From Lingula anatina (Eukaryota > Animalia > Brachiopoda): 64,000 nucleotides of DNA. Within the stretch, counting starts at the first letter, position 1, and every line of letters starts with the position of its first letter. A model generated the notes under the pieces. The model made no database searches, was not told the DNA's origin, and saw nothing but the letters and a program-made list of their open reading frames with translations. The position numbers were made by a program, and so were the translations under genes. The stretch spans positions 3,596,001 to 3,660,000 of the forward strand of contig CM120643.1 in assembly GCA_051362555.1 (NCBI GenBank), given 5' to 3'. Below, piece by piece: positions 40,284 to 52,617 of the stretch.

Positions 40284-40424
40284 CAAAGTTTTGACATGAA
40301 TAGGTTTTCTTTGTGTAAATATTAATTTTTCAGTGCATTCAGACACACATTTCCTCTCAGTAAGACATTGAAATATGTTTATATGTTTTATGTTAACATT
40401 GATTTGGTTTTCTTTATTCACCAG

Positions 40425-40566
40425 GTGTAGCAAAGGCAAACAAACACTTCCTATATCAAGCAGGATACAGAGAGGTTCTAGAGGTGCCTTTTTTTATGGT
40501 GGAAGAGAAATCTGCAAGTTTGCACAAGTTTTTGAAGGAGGAATTGGAAAAAATCCCTCACATAAG
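40425..40566 (+). CDS. FASTK-like gene exon 2 (rest of RAP domain)
   Basis: TTTCTTTATTCACCAG| phase 1 gives G-VAKANKHFLYQAGYREVLEVPFF, matching RAP G...K..L...GY.V..VP; donor AG|GTAAGG. Confidence 0.85.
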
Positions 40567-41049
40567 GTAAGGAAGTAACACTATAATTTTTCTGAACAGA
40601 GTAATTCTTTAAAAATATTGTGAAAGAGGTAGACGTAACACTTTGTGATAGAATCTTATTGCTATTTGTACTTTTTCCTTGTTTGGGGGGGGGGGGGGGT
40701 GCTGCTTGCTGCCTGTTTTGCACAAAGTAAAATTTTTTGGCATAACTAAGATAAGAATACAGAAATTGATAACTGACAATAAAAGTCATCCTTGTTTTGA
40801 GATCTGGGCCTTAAAACTATTTACCCAAAATTGTTCTATAAATTGAGTTTACTTCATCATCACTGGATGCCATCCACTCATAGCAGGTTGGCTGTCATGG
40901 ATCACCACATCTCTAAAATACTTGAACTATACTTTTATTTGACCTGTTTATTCTTTTATGTTGTCCATGTATGTTGATCTTGGTCTTCTTTTCAATGATT
41001 TCTTATTTACTAGTAGCTTTCTTTCCGGTAGCAATTGTTGCAAATGATC

Positions 41050-41978
41050 CTTTCAATTTCAAACCGGCCAAAATTTTGTAAAAATGGGAATTTTCTGAAA
41101 AAAAAATTGTGTGTGCCTTTTTTCAGAAACTACACAGACCTAAGCTGTCATATTATAATGAAGAATTACTCTTATGGTCTTTTTTCATCTTCTTAAATTT
41201 GAGGTCAATCGGTGCATTTCCATGGGAGAAGCAGCCATTTGGTGCCAAAACTGAAAACTCTCTTACACCAATTTTGGAACTTAAAATGCTGGAGACGTCT
41301 TGTTTATTGCATTTTGTAGAGCTTGTCAAGCCCAACACTGGAAGTGGTGTCAGTTTTTATGTACAGACACATTGACCTATTCTCTTCAAACTGATGAATA
41401 TTTGTAAAATGCAGGTCGAATTAAAAAATCAGCATGATCTAACCATTTTTTTTCTGTACAGACAGATGTGTCTGTACATATAGCCATATGCACTTTCATT
41501 GTTATGAACCAGTAAACTAATATGAAAATTGTTTTACCTTTTATCATTTAGCACATAGAACTGATAAATATTCATAAAAACACAAGTGAAATGCGAAAAT
41601 CAGCCTGACCAGATCATTCCAATTTTTTTATCCACCCTTATACAAATAAAATATATAAAACTCTTTTACTTTTTGTCTGAACTGATGAATATTCATAAAA
41701 TACAGGTCAAGTTTGAAAATCAGCCTTTTCAGACCATTTTTCAAAAAGTTATGCTGTTTTATTTTTGTTTTTTGTTTTTTTGGAGGGAGGATATTTAATC
41801 CATGGTTATACAAATAAACTGAAAACCATTTCACCTTTTGTCTTCAAACTTACAGAACTAATGAATACACATAAAATACAGGTCAAGTTTAAAAATCAGT
41901 CTGATCAGACAATTTTTCCAAAATCTGTGCTGTTTTTGCTTTTTGTTTAGCATATTTTATCCACCTCGGATTTGATTT
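41050..41978 (+). mobile_element. Nested degenerate HINE2 fragment followed by two HINE1 5' ends and core units
   Basis: 41110-41355 matches 15400-15650; TGTACAGACA starts near 41360 and 41455; ~170-bp core units follow. Confidence 0.7.
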
Positions 41979-41979
41979 T

Positions 41980-42790
41980 TATTAATAATAATTTATTAAG
42001 ATTGCAACCCAGTGGGTTGAAGTTGTACATAGAATGTTTAAAAAAATTCATAATGATAATAAAATGAATATTTGCATGAATAAAACTGAGTTAAAAGACT
42101 GCTAACTGAACTTTAAAATTATTGTACTTAGACTGCTAACTGAACTTTAAAATTATTGTACTTAGGATAAAAGACAGCATAATACTATTGGAAATTTAAA
42201 AGTGCATATGGAATAAAAGAGCATTGGAATCTGTCGGTCTTAAATTTTGGCACTTTGTATCTATTGTTAGATCTTAAAAGACGGTTGGAATGCTCAATTA
42301 AGATGTGATTCAATTTGTCAGAGGATTCAGTTATTTTGTAAAAGAAAGTTTTGCACAGATCTTCCCTTCGTTTTTCTAAAGTGCACATATTTGCCAGGTT
42401 CAGGGCTTCATCATAGTGTAGGTCAGGGAAAATAATTTTTAAAGCACGACTTTGGACAGTCTCTAAAAGTTTGCATTGCTCTATAGTTAGTCCTGGATGC
42501 CATACAGGGCAGGCATATTCTAGAATTGAGCGCACTATACTTTGGTAAACTTGGATTAAGTCAGCAGGGCTGAGCTTAGCTCGCTTCAGTTGACGGAGGA
42601 AATAGAGTCTTGCACATGCCTTTTTATATATATGATCCACATGAGTACCCCATTTTAGGTCATTGCTAATATGGATGCCCAGAAGTTTGAACTGTGTAAC
42701 CTCACAGATTGGCGTGTCATTTATAACTATTGGTGGGAGGTCTGGTTTAGAACGTGTAAAATTTAGGGTCATGGTCTTGGTCTTAGGCAT
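41980..42790 (-). mobile_element. 5'-truncated L2-group (Crack/Daphne-like) LINE inserted in HINE1
   Basis: ORF KLLGIHISNDLKWGTHV...RLYFLRQLKR...RSILEYACPVWH; 3' stem-loop CAACCC-ACT-GGGTTG, AATAAA, (TAT)n; HINE1 sequence resumes at TAGGCATGATAAC. Confidence 0.9.
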
Positions 42791-43409
42791 GATAACGGTC
42801 TCATTATTGAACTAATTAGACAGTCATGTATATCCTGAGAATTAATTACAGCTTTGGAAGTAACTGGCTCGCGCCGCCAATAATTACGCCGCGGGATATT
42901 CAGGGCACAGGGACCGTGATTACAAAATACCGCGAATAGAAAATAGATTTTTAGAAAATAGACTTGTCATGTGAACGGGGCCTAAATCTTCAGGAGTTCA
43001 CAAGTATGAAAAAACAACTTTTTATCTGAACATAAATTCACTTTAAGGTGCATTTTTGGGGCTCATATGATTGAATGTTTTGGTAATATATATATTAATT
43101 TAAATGTATGACTTCACATATTTTAATTAAAATTAAAATTGACAAAGTCCAAAGGTATGAATAGAAAAAAATATTGATTTTGTGGACAGGTTGGATTGAA
43201 AATCGAACAGGTCAAATTTATGAGCACCTGTCCAAAGGACAGGTGCTCATAAAAGTTAGTGTCTAGCCCTGATCAGTGATAATTATGTACTAATAATTAT
43301 GCAGATAAATGTTGCTTAATATTGCAAATAATTATACAAAAGAAAAAAATTATTTTGTGTAATGCTATCATTAATGCTATAGATGAATAAAATTATAAAT
43401 TGTTAAAAT

Positions 43410-44037
43410 TACAAGTTTAAATATTCAAAACTCAGCTGCAAGACTGGTTTGTCAAATAAAGTGCAATAGTACACACCATATCACTCCCATTCTGAAAGGA
43501 TTACACTGGCTGCCAGTGAAGCAGAGGATTGATTATAAAGTACTTTGTATTATTTTTAAGGCGATCCATACACAATAACCAAAATATATATATTTATCTG
43601 ATCTTATCTGTTTTAACTCACCACGGCAGTCCACACATTTTAATACTGAGAATGATTTTATTTTAGAATATTCTGTATTAGAGAAAGGGTCTCTCAAAAG
43701 TTATGGTGATTGGGCTTTTACAATCTATGCCCCCAAAGTGTGGAGTGCCTTACCAAATTTTATTAGAACAGCAGAAGACTTTGACAGTTTTATATCCCTT
43801 CTAAAGACCCACATTTTTAAATCTGTCTATTGCTCTTAGATTTTTTATATATTTTAATAAGATTGAGTTTTTAGTAGTGTTCATTTTAAATGGTTTCCAG
43901 TGAGTGAGTTAGACTTAAATATTGTAGTCATTTTAATGATTTTAGTTACATTATCCATTATTGTAAGGCGCCTTGAGGTAGCATGTAAGGTGCCATATAA
44001 GAAGCTTATTATTATTATTACTATTATTATTATTATT
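43410..44037 (+). mobile_element. Degenerate L2 LINE 3' fragment
   Basis: Translates IQNSAARLV...HITPILKGLHWLPVKQRIDYK; (ATT)n tail. Confidence 0.88.
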
Positions 44038-44159
44038 GTTATGTATAACAGTGCCTTATTATCCTCAAACTCAGTGGAGTTATATTGTGTTAATACAACT
44101 AGATTAAAAGTTTGAACACCAGCTTTATTGGAATATTTTTTGTTATGTTTCCTTTTATA

Positions 44160-44545
44160 ATTTTTTTTTTATTTCAAACACTGGCATCTTCAAGATGTGA
44201 CTTTTAACTCCTATCCACCCAAAGCTCTGTACTTTTTCTGTATTTCCACATAAGCAGTAGTTTTGGTATTTATGTCTTTAAACATTATGTGATATTATTT
44301 TATGTACTGTCATTATTTTTCACATATTGGTATTTTCATTATTTGAATTTGAACTCTCATGATCCTGAAACTATAATCTTATTGACCATGTTACCTGTTG
44401 TGCATGATTAAATTTTAGTGTTGATTGACTGTGCTGTTATAATCATTATTTATTATTGCATCAAAATTGATAAAATGACCTCTTTTCTGTGTCGTTATTT
44501 TCTGCATTTATCTGTACATTTGACAGCTTTGTTGCCATGTTTTTA
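44160..44545 (+). mobile_element. Degenerate HINE1 3' end
   Basis: TCTGTACATTTGACAGCTTTGTTGCCATGTT terminus and upstream module similarity. Confidence 0.65.
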
Positions 44546-44983
44546 CCTCATATTTGCTGTGTGGCTATATTTACTAAGACTGGTGCCTGTACATTTGCCA
44601 GTTTTTCTGTCTCATTTCTTAAGCCCCCTTTACAATGGACGATGTTCTTTCTGCATCCTGTAGTACGGCCCCATTTGAAATTAAAAAAAAAAAAACGTTC
44701 TGACAACTGGCCGATCATTGAGCATTCATTTTGCAACCAAAGTGATGCTTGTGCCTCCTTTCTACGACCACAGCAATGCCAGTTTCATGGTTGCACAAAG
44801 GAAGCAGAAAGGACACTGTCCAGTGTAAAGGGTTTTAGGTACAATATTTTCAAAATTAACATTTTTCGGCTCTGTGTGGAGTTAATTTTTATAATAAGGT
44901 GATAAGCATTTTTGCTGTAGAATACCGCATGGCTGTAGTGTTTCATCGTGAAATATTGAAGTTTTTCATTTGCTTTTTTACAG

Positions 44984-44999
44984 GTTACCCAATAATTAG
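44984..44999 (+). CDS. Probable FASTK-like terminal exon (R-LPNN-stop), followed by 3' UTR
   Basis: Strong acceptor TTGCTTTTTTACAG; AATAAA near 45536 and 45652. Confidence 0.5.
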
Positions 45000-45957
45000 G
45001 AGACCTTTGAAGTGCTTCCTGACAGCATTGAAGAGGATTTGATAACTCTCCACTGACATACAAAAAAAATGGAGCCAATGAAAGTTGAACAATAATCTGA
45101 AACCAAGTGCACTAGCTGTAATCTAGGCCTTTTTATTCTTGGTCTTGCTAGTAATATAAACAAGGACATATCATAATAGTGCATATGCATGGTTGAGAAT
45201 CTTCACATGTGACTTTAAAAAATAATGAATTCTGTTTTCTTGTATTGTCTTTGAGCACTGACATAGTGACTGACATTTGGTGTGGAGACAGTGTTAAAGC
45301 TACACTATTGGGGCACATTATGATTGTTTAAGAGGTGTGCAGGGGTGTCTTAATCACCCCCTTCCAGGTTGGTCCTGTAATCACAGTAATATGGAAATTG
45401 AAAATGAGGCAAATGCTTACAGAAGGGAAAATGTTTATGGTGAATTATGTTGAATGTTCTGATGTTAGATTTGTTATTTCACTAATTGAATTGTTAGAGG
45501 TGTAAAGCATTGTACATATTTTTATGTTGTCTGGAAATAAAAAGATGTTAAAAATATTATTAGAAATATTTCATTCCATCACAGTAAATGATGACTGCTC
45601 TATAATGCATATTCAGAGTTGTATAAAATTGCTCAATGTCAGTTAAACAACAATAAAAAAGCCATTTTCAAGCTAAAAGTATATTGAAAAGGTAAACGAA
45701 GTAGTTGTAACATTTTGTCTCTTTTACCCACAGTACACTCAAAATTTTCTGTGCACCAAAAAGCTGCGTCTTAGCTTTCTTTGTTTTACTACAGGTAGAA
45801 ACATCAGATCAAATATGATGGGAAGTCATTTTCCAAATAGTAAACCTAAAGATGTACTAACAAAATGAAATGATCCAAATTGAACGCGTGAAATGGGTTA
45901 TTGTCTAAACTCTGAAGTTTTTATAAGCTAAAAACTTTACTTCAAATACTAGGATAA

Positions 45958-48020
45958 TTTTTATGTACAGACACAGATGTGTCTGTACTTATTGCCATCA
46001 CCTGCGTCTGTTGTCGCCGTCGCCGTCGCCGATCATGTCGCCATGCACTTTCAGCGTTAACACCATAAGTGGAAGACAGTTTTACTTTTTGGTTTTATTT
46101 TTACAGAGCTGATGAACATTCATAAAACGCAGGTCAAGTTCGAAAATCAGCACGATCGGGCCACTATTTTAGTAGTTATGCTGTTTTTTCACTTTTCAGC
46201 ATATATGCAACACTGTTAACACATTTCAAGGAAAACCCATAGGCCTGTTGTCATGAAACTCACAGGAGTAATCAATCTTACTAAAACGCAGGTCAAGTTC
46301 GAAAATCAGCATAATCGGACCATTATTTTATAAGTTATGCTATTTTTTCACATTTCCTCAGATTCAATTCTTAGGCATGTTAACAGTCTCATTATTTAAT
46401 TAATAAGATACATAAAAGTGTTTGTTTGACATTTCCTGCATCTTTACAACATTGTTAGTTGATTACGTAAAAATGATGGTAAACTTGTAATCGTGTATTG
46501 TGTAATAAGGTGTCAAAAATGGAAATAAACTCATATCATTGCAGTTTGTAAGATTCAATCATTCACTATGTTCAGAAACTCAGATTGGAGGAAATTGGAC
46601 ATTTGACACTGTTCTATTGATATTTTTCACATCTCATCAATTTTCTTAGTTGATCATATAAAAATGGCAGTAAACTGTTAATTTTGTTTTATGTTAAAAA
46701 AGTGTTAAAAATGGAAATAAACCCATTTCAGAATAGTGCTGTCTTGTTTCACATTTCCTCAGATTCAATTTTTAGGCATGTTAACAGTTTCATTATTTAA
46801 TTAATAAGATAAGTAAAAGTGTTTGTTTGACATTTCCTGCATCTTTACAACATTGTTAGTTGATTATGTAAAAATGATGGTAAACTTGTTATCGTGTATT
46901 GTGTAATAAAGTTTCAAAAATGGAAATAAACTCATATCATTGCAGTTTTTCAGATTCAATCATTCACTATGTTCAGAATGTCAGAATGGAGGAAATTGGG
47001 CATTTGACACTGTTCTATTGATATTTTTCACATCTCATCAATTTTCTTAGTTGATCACATAAAAATGGCAGTAAACTGTTAATTTTGTTTTATGTTAAAA
47101 AAAAGTGTTAAAAATGGAAAAAAAAAACATTTCAGAACAGTGCTGTCTTGTTTACATTTTGGCATTTTCAAGTTGTGACTTTGAAGTTCCATGGGCCTGA
47201 AGACCTTTGCTAGTCACATTTTCTGAATATCCATAATACTAATATTTTATTATTAAAAATTGATGGTCATTATGCTGTTAAACGTTATGTAATATTGCAT
47301 CAAAATTTGGAAAAAAAATATTTTGGGCACTGCTCCCATGATGACCATTTAAGAAAAATCATGTCACTTACTGTTCTCAAACTTACAAGAAAGAAACATG
47401 GGACTAAAATTCAGCTTCAGTAGGCAATGCAGTCTGTTTGGTAATTCTTTCTGCTAGTTCAACAGTTTTTTTTTGTGAAAATTTAATTTTTCACATATTG
47501 GCATTTTCAAGGTGTGACTTTGAAGTTCCATGGGCTTGAAGACCCATGCTAGTCACATTTTCTGAAAATCCATGATATGTATATTTTATTATTAAAAATT
47601 GACGGTCATTATGCTGTTAACCATTATGTAATATTGCATCAGAATAGAAGAAAACACAATTTTGGGTGCTGCTGCCATGATGACCATTATGGGAAAACCA
47701 TGTTACTGATGATTGCCAAATGTTCAAAAAAGAAATACAGGATTAAAATGCAGCCTGAGTTGGAAAAGCAGTCTAATTGGCTTCTTTTTCTGGAAGTTAT
47801 ACATTTTCAAAGTGTGAACTTGAACTGCCATGGGCCTGAAGCCTTATGCTTGTTACACATTTTACTTACATTGGTATTACCTGTTGAGCATAATTAAAAT
47901 TTGATGTTGAATTTGCAGTTTAACATAATGTACTTTTGTATCAGAATTGACAGTAGCCTATTTTGTGCATAGTTATTCCTGCTTTTTGTCTGTACATTTG
48001 ACAGCTTTGCTGCCTTGTTT
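45958..48020 (+). mobile_element. Full-length HINE1a with an extra ~400-bp internal duplication
   Basis: Same termini as 21483-23437; two 159-bp units; CACATTTCCTCAGATTC block duplicated at about 46349 and 46750. Confidence 0.9.
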
Positions 48021-49677
48021 AAAAAATGTATTTAAAAAAGTCCCTAAAAACTAAATGAAACAAAATACATATAAAACTTTCTTGCTCTCTTAATAGTTAA
48101 TAACCATCTATTCTGAAGCCAATTCACATGAGGTATTGCAATTTAAGCAGCAGCTACATAGGAAATGTAATAGGGCATTCCCAGAGAATTAGAACGATCT
48201 CACTGGGGGTTCATGCTAAATTGCAGTCAGCTGACCACGGACGGAAGTTAATTACCCCCTTACAGCTTGTAGTAGGCAGGACGGACATTTAAGCCGAATT
48301 ATCTGACAGTAATCTAGTGAGACTCCCCATGGGGATAGACCAATCTTAAATCTATAGGAATGCACCCTAAGATCTTCAACAAAAAGTGGCAGTGCATTTC
48401 AAGTGATGGTTTAACTAAAATATTATTATAAGAAAACTGTAAACTTATTTTTTCAAACTTATACGACTGATAAGTATTCATTAAGTACAGGTGGAGTTAG
48501 AAAATCCACTTGGTTGTACCATTTTTTTCAAAAGTTGTTGGTTTTTGTATTTACTTCAGTATAAATGCAATACAGATACAGACATGAGCTTTTTCCATGG
48601 AACCGCGGAATTTCTGCGTTTTTTAATTCAATTCCTAAGGCGGCCCCCGGACCCCAGGCTGGTTAGGTGTAGGGTCCCATGATAAATGTTCAGAGGGATT
48701 TTATTTATTTATTTATTATTATTAATATTCTTTTTTTTTAAACCTAGATTCATGCAGATAGCACCCTTTGAGGAAAAACTATTTGACCTATTCTGTTCAA
48801 ACTTAAAGGAATGATGTATATTACTAAATTAAACATTTTTCATAAAGTTAGACAATTTTGTGACCTTGAACTTCCATGTTCCTGAAGACTTTTTCCTTGT
48901 CACATGTCCTGACTATCTATGTTACCTGCTGTGCATAATTAAAATTGGTGGTCATAAAGCATTTTGTAATATTGCAATAAAATTGACAAAACCCGTATTT
49001 TGGTCACTGCCACTATAAAGCCTTACCCTCTACCAGAGCCACAGGTTGCTTTTTCACAAGATATTCACAGATGTGTCTTATAAATAGATAGACATTTGAC
49101 TTTGGAAATGTGAAAAATGTGCCTTGAATATCTGCCACCCTGGTAGAGGCTAATGAAGACCATTTATATTAAGGAAAACCTTCTTACTAATTATTCTCAT
49201 ACTCAAAGAAAAGATTAATAGGGCTGATATACAGCTTGATTTAAAAAAACAGCCTATCAGTAATAGAATTCTTTTATTGCAGAAATGCAGATTTTTGTGA
49301 AATGCACATGAAAAGAAAGAGTCAAAAATTCACTCAAGTTCCATTGATTGAGTTGCATTGATTTTTTGCATCAACAGTTCACCTCTTATATGTTAAAATG
49401 TGTCATGTTGTTGTCATATTGTTCTTATCAAACAGACAATTGGCTTTGTTTTGATAATTAGCCTTTATTCATGAGATACTTATTAAGTTGATAGCAGTAG
49501 ATTTACCCTGAGCTGTAGAGGATCCTTGGACAATTCCCCCCAGGACAACCCCCCCCCCCCCCAGGACAATTTCTCCCTCCCGCCCCCCCCCCCCAGGACA
49601 GTTCTCCCTTGGATGATTTGCCCCCCCCCCCCAAGAAACATATATTTATATACAAATATAAAGTAAATTAGTGTTAA

Positions 49678-50032
49678 AGGGGTAATAACTCTTCATTTTG
49701 GCTAAAAAAATGAATTTTCCTAGAGTAAACAACAATTTTCCCATACTTGCCAATGGTTAATGAATCTATTTTTACATTTAAAGTTAGTCCCTGTTTTTTT
49801 TTCTAAAAAGTTTGGTTTTTTGTTAAAATCTCTTAAGAGATTATAACAGAGTATAGCCGTCAATTGAGGTCACGTGGTCTGAAGACAAGCTCAGATATCA
49901 GAATAATAGCTATAACTGCCATTTTTTTGGTAAAACAATATATAATTGTATTGTATTTTATTATATTTCTATGAGTTGTTCTCAATGTTTTTATTGTGAA
50001 ATATAATGCTCATACAAAGAGTTATTACCCCT
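49678..50032. mobile_element. Kolobok-like MITE
   Basis: Perfect 16-bp TIR AGGGGTAATAACTCTT, TTAA on both sides, RR..YY termini. Confidence 0.85.
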
Positions 50033-50249
50033 TTAAGTTCAAAACATTTCATCCAATTTATTAATGTTTTTAGCGCGATAATACAACTTCATCATTAAAT
50101 AAATTACTTTATAACAAAGTCCTTTTTTGTTGAGTACAAGTACAGAAAATATTATTACAAATCAAATTATAACCACCTATCCTCCAGGTAAAGATGGGGA
50201 AAGCAGGTGAATAGGTAAACGGATATTTTATGAATATTTTCAGTGTGAC

Positions 50250-50662
50250 AGGTAGTGGGTAGGTGGGTAGTAGGTAGTGGGTAGGTGGGTAGTACGTAGG
50301 TGGGTAGTAGGTAGGTGGGTAGTAGGTAGTGGGTAGTAGGTAGGTGGGTAGCAGGTAGGTGGGTAGTAGGTAGCGGGTAGGTGGGTAGTAGGTAGTGGGT
50401 AGTAGGTAGGTGGGTAGTGGGTAGGTGGGTAGTAGGTAGCGGGTAGGTGGGTAGTAGGTAGTGGGTAGTAGGTAGGTGGGTAGCAGGTAGGTGGGTAGTA
50501 GGTAGCGGGTAGGTGGGTAGTAGGTAGTGGATAGTAGGTAGCGGGTAGGTGGGTAGTAGGTTGTGGGTAGCAGGTAGGTGGGTAGTGGGTAGGTGGGTAG
50601 TAGGTAGTGGGTAGTAGGTAGTGGGTAGGTGGGTAGTAGGTAGTGGGTAGGTGGGTAGTAGT
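50250..50662 (+). repeat. G-rich compound satellite of GGTA/GGGTA/AGT units (~22-bp period)
   Basis: GGTAGTGGGTAGGTGGGTAGTA-type repeats, strongly strand-biased. Confidence 0.95.
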
Positions 50663-51427
50663 CAAGCAATTAAAAGTGACAGATAACCAAAGGGATACCT
50701 AGATAAGCGAGAATCCCCTTCTCTCCCTAGAGATTCAAGGCTTACTTAATCAAAGGGGGAGTAAGGGGGAGCAATTAAAAGTAACAGTTAATTCATCAAA
50801 GGGTTACCTGGATGAGTGAGATCATCTGTTTACCCCAATTTTTACATGGAAATATACTTTGATCAGATTTTTAATTAAATTTTCTGTACTTCCATTTCTA
50901 AAAATTTCTGTACTTGTAAATGATCTGTTTAATGAAATTAGTATTCTCTATCCTTGAGTTGCATCATCACACTAAGAAATATTCATAAAATGGATGAAAA
51001 GATTTGAACTTTATACTCTTTCCTTTATAATTTTACATAAATATATTTCTTGGGGGGGGGGGGGGGGGGTCCAGGGGGGAACTGTCCGGGGGGAAATGGT
51101 CCTGATGTGACAAGCCGTTGGCCACTGTAAATATGAACATATAGGAGGCCATAAAATCACCATTTATCTCACTAAAGAATATCGTTAAAAGGTTTTTAGT
51201 GAACGTCTCTTGCCACATCAGTTCCTCCATCTACCGATCCGAAATAACAATCATTCTGTACAAATGTAGAATGAAGTTGTTCATATATCTGCAATAAGAA
51301 GTATTACTTACAATGTACAATACCTTAGTGTGAGACTGTGTTTTTCATTTGTGTCATACTACACTGTTTTACATTTGCCAAGCAAAGAGAGACACATTTT
51401 ATATTGATGAGTGTCTTCACGAAATGA

Positions 51428-51944
51428 TTTAAAAAGGCAAGACAGCGAATGTACTTTTTAAGGAAATTGAAAGCTTTTACCAGGAATGTGTCTATTTTAA
51501 CGAACTTTTATAGATGTGTTTTGAAAAGTATTTTAATTTACACTGTAACTGTTTGGTATGGGCGTGCAACTGTAGAGGATAAAAAACAACTAGAAAAGAT
51601 TGTTGAAACGGCAGGTAATGTAACTGGAACGAATCTTACTCCCATTCATTCCATTTATCTCGATGGGGTTAAAAATAAAACAGCTTCCATCATGACTGAT
51701 CCAGCTCAAACCCTATTCAAATTTTTACCCAGTAACTCAAGGCTGTTAGTTTATAAGGGCAGTAAGCGATTTTTATCTAGCTTTTATCCTTCAGCAGTAG
51801 CTCTTTTTATCGCTAATACGTAATTTCATTTTAGTACATTTAAAAAGTTTTATTCAATAATGGTGCTATTACAGGGCAAAAAATTCCAGATGTTATACAT
51901 CTGTATTTTATTGGTTTAATAAATTATTATCTATTATCTATCTA
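51428..51944 (+). mobile_element. 5'-truncated LINE, Rex1/Babar-like
   Basis: RMYFLRKLKAF...LTNFYRCVL.SIL.Y..TVWYG...FL.SFYP.AV; AATAAA then (TATC)n tail. Confidence 0.85.
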
Positions 51945-52582
51945 ATTTGCAAAATCTTGTTATTTTAACTTTCTTTCGAACTGGTCATTGTAAGTGATGA
52001 CACATTCTACAAACATGATGCCCACCTCATTCAAAAAGGACATCCTTTTTTTCAAAAAAAGTCAAAGAAATTACATTGTAGTGTAATACCACGATCTTAC
52101 GTTAAATAAGTACTCTCTCTCTCTCTCTCTCTCGAGCGCGCGTACGTACTCGCATTCAAAAGCAACAAAGTCACAGACAGACTACACCCATTCCCTGTGC
52201 ACCTACAGTAACTATGGCAACCTTTCCTGAGCTTTGTACAGGCAAATGTTAGTTTTTCTGCTGGCACAGAAGATATTCACACGGCTTTATGTGTTACTTT
52301 AACAAGAAAGGGAGTCATTCTTCTGAAATGTCCCTGAATATTACCCCTTAGGAGGTTAAAAGGGTACAGCCAACAAGGTGGCCTACTAAGAACTCGCTGG
52401 CCTAAAATAAAAGATCTCGAATAATTGTCAAAACTTGGCAAATTTTTGCAGATTAATGTAATTTCGGAGGAGATTGAAGTCCTGGAATAATGATGAAGAC
52501 AAATGTTGAATTTACTTGCTTCACCTTTGTCGTGCTGACATTTTTCTTTGTAGCCTCTAATGTCAGAATACAGCTCTATGTA

Positions 52583-52617
<35 letters not shown>

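Larger units (their letters stand above)
49529..51104. mobile_element. Composite element with C-rich/G-rich terminal inverted repeats
   Basis: GGACAGTTCTCCC..CCCCAAGAAACATATATTTAT at left is inverse to ATAAATATATTTCTTGGGG..GGGAACTGTCC at right. Confidence 0.65.

Noticed and set aside
50109-50669. Pro/Thr/Tyr-rich extensin-like or adhesive-protein ORFs
   Set aside because: Translation of a low-complexity satellite open in two frames, non-ATG starts, no signal peptide, located inside a transposon
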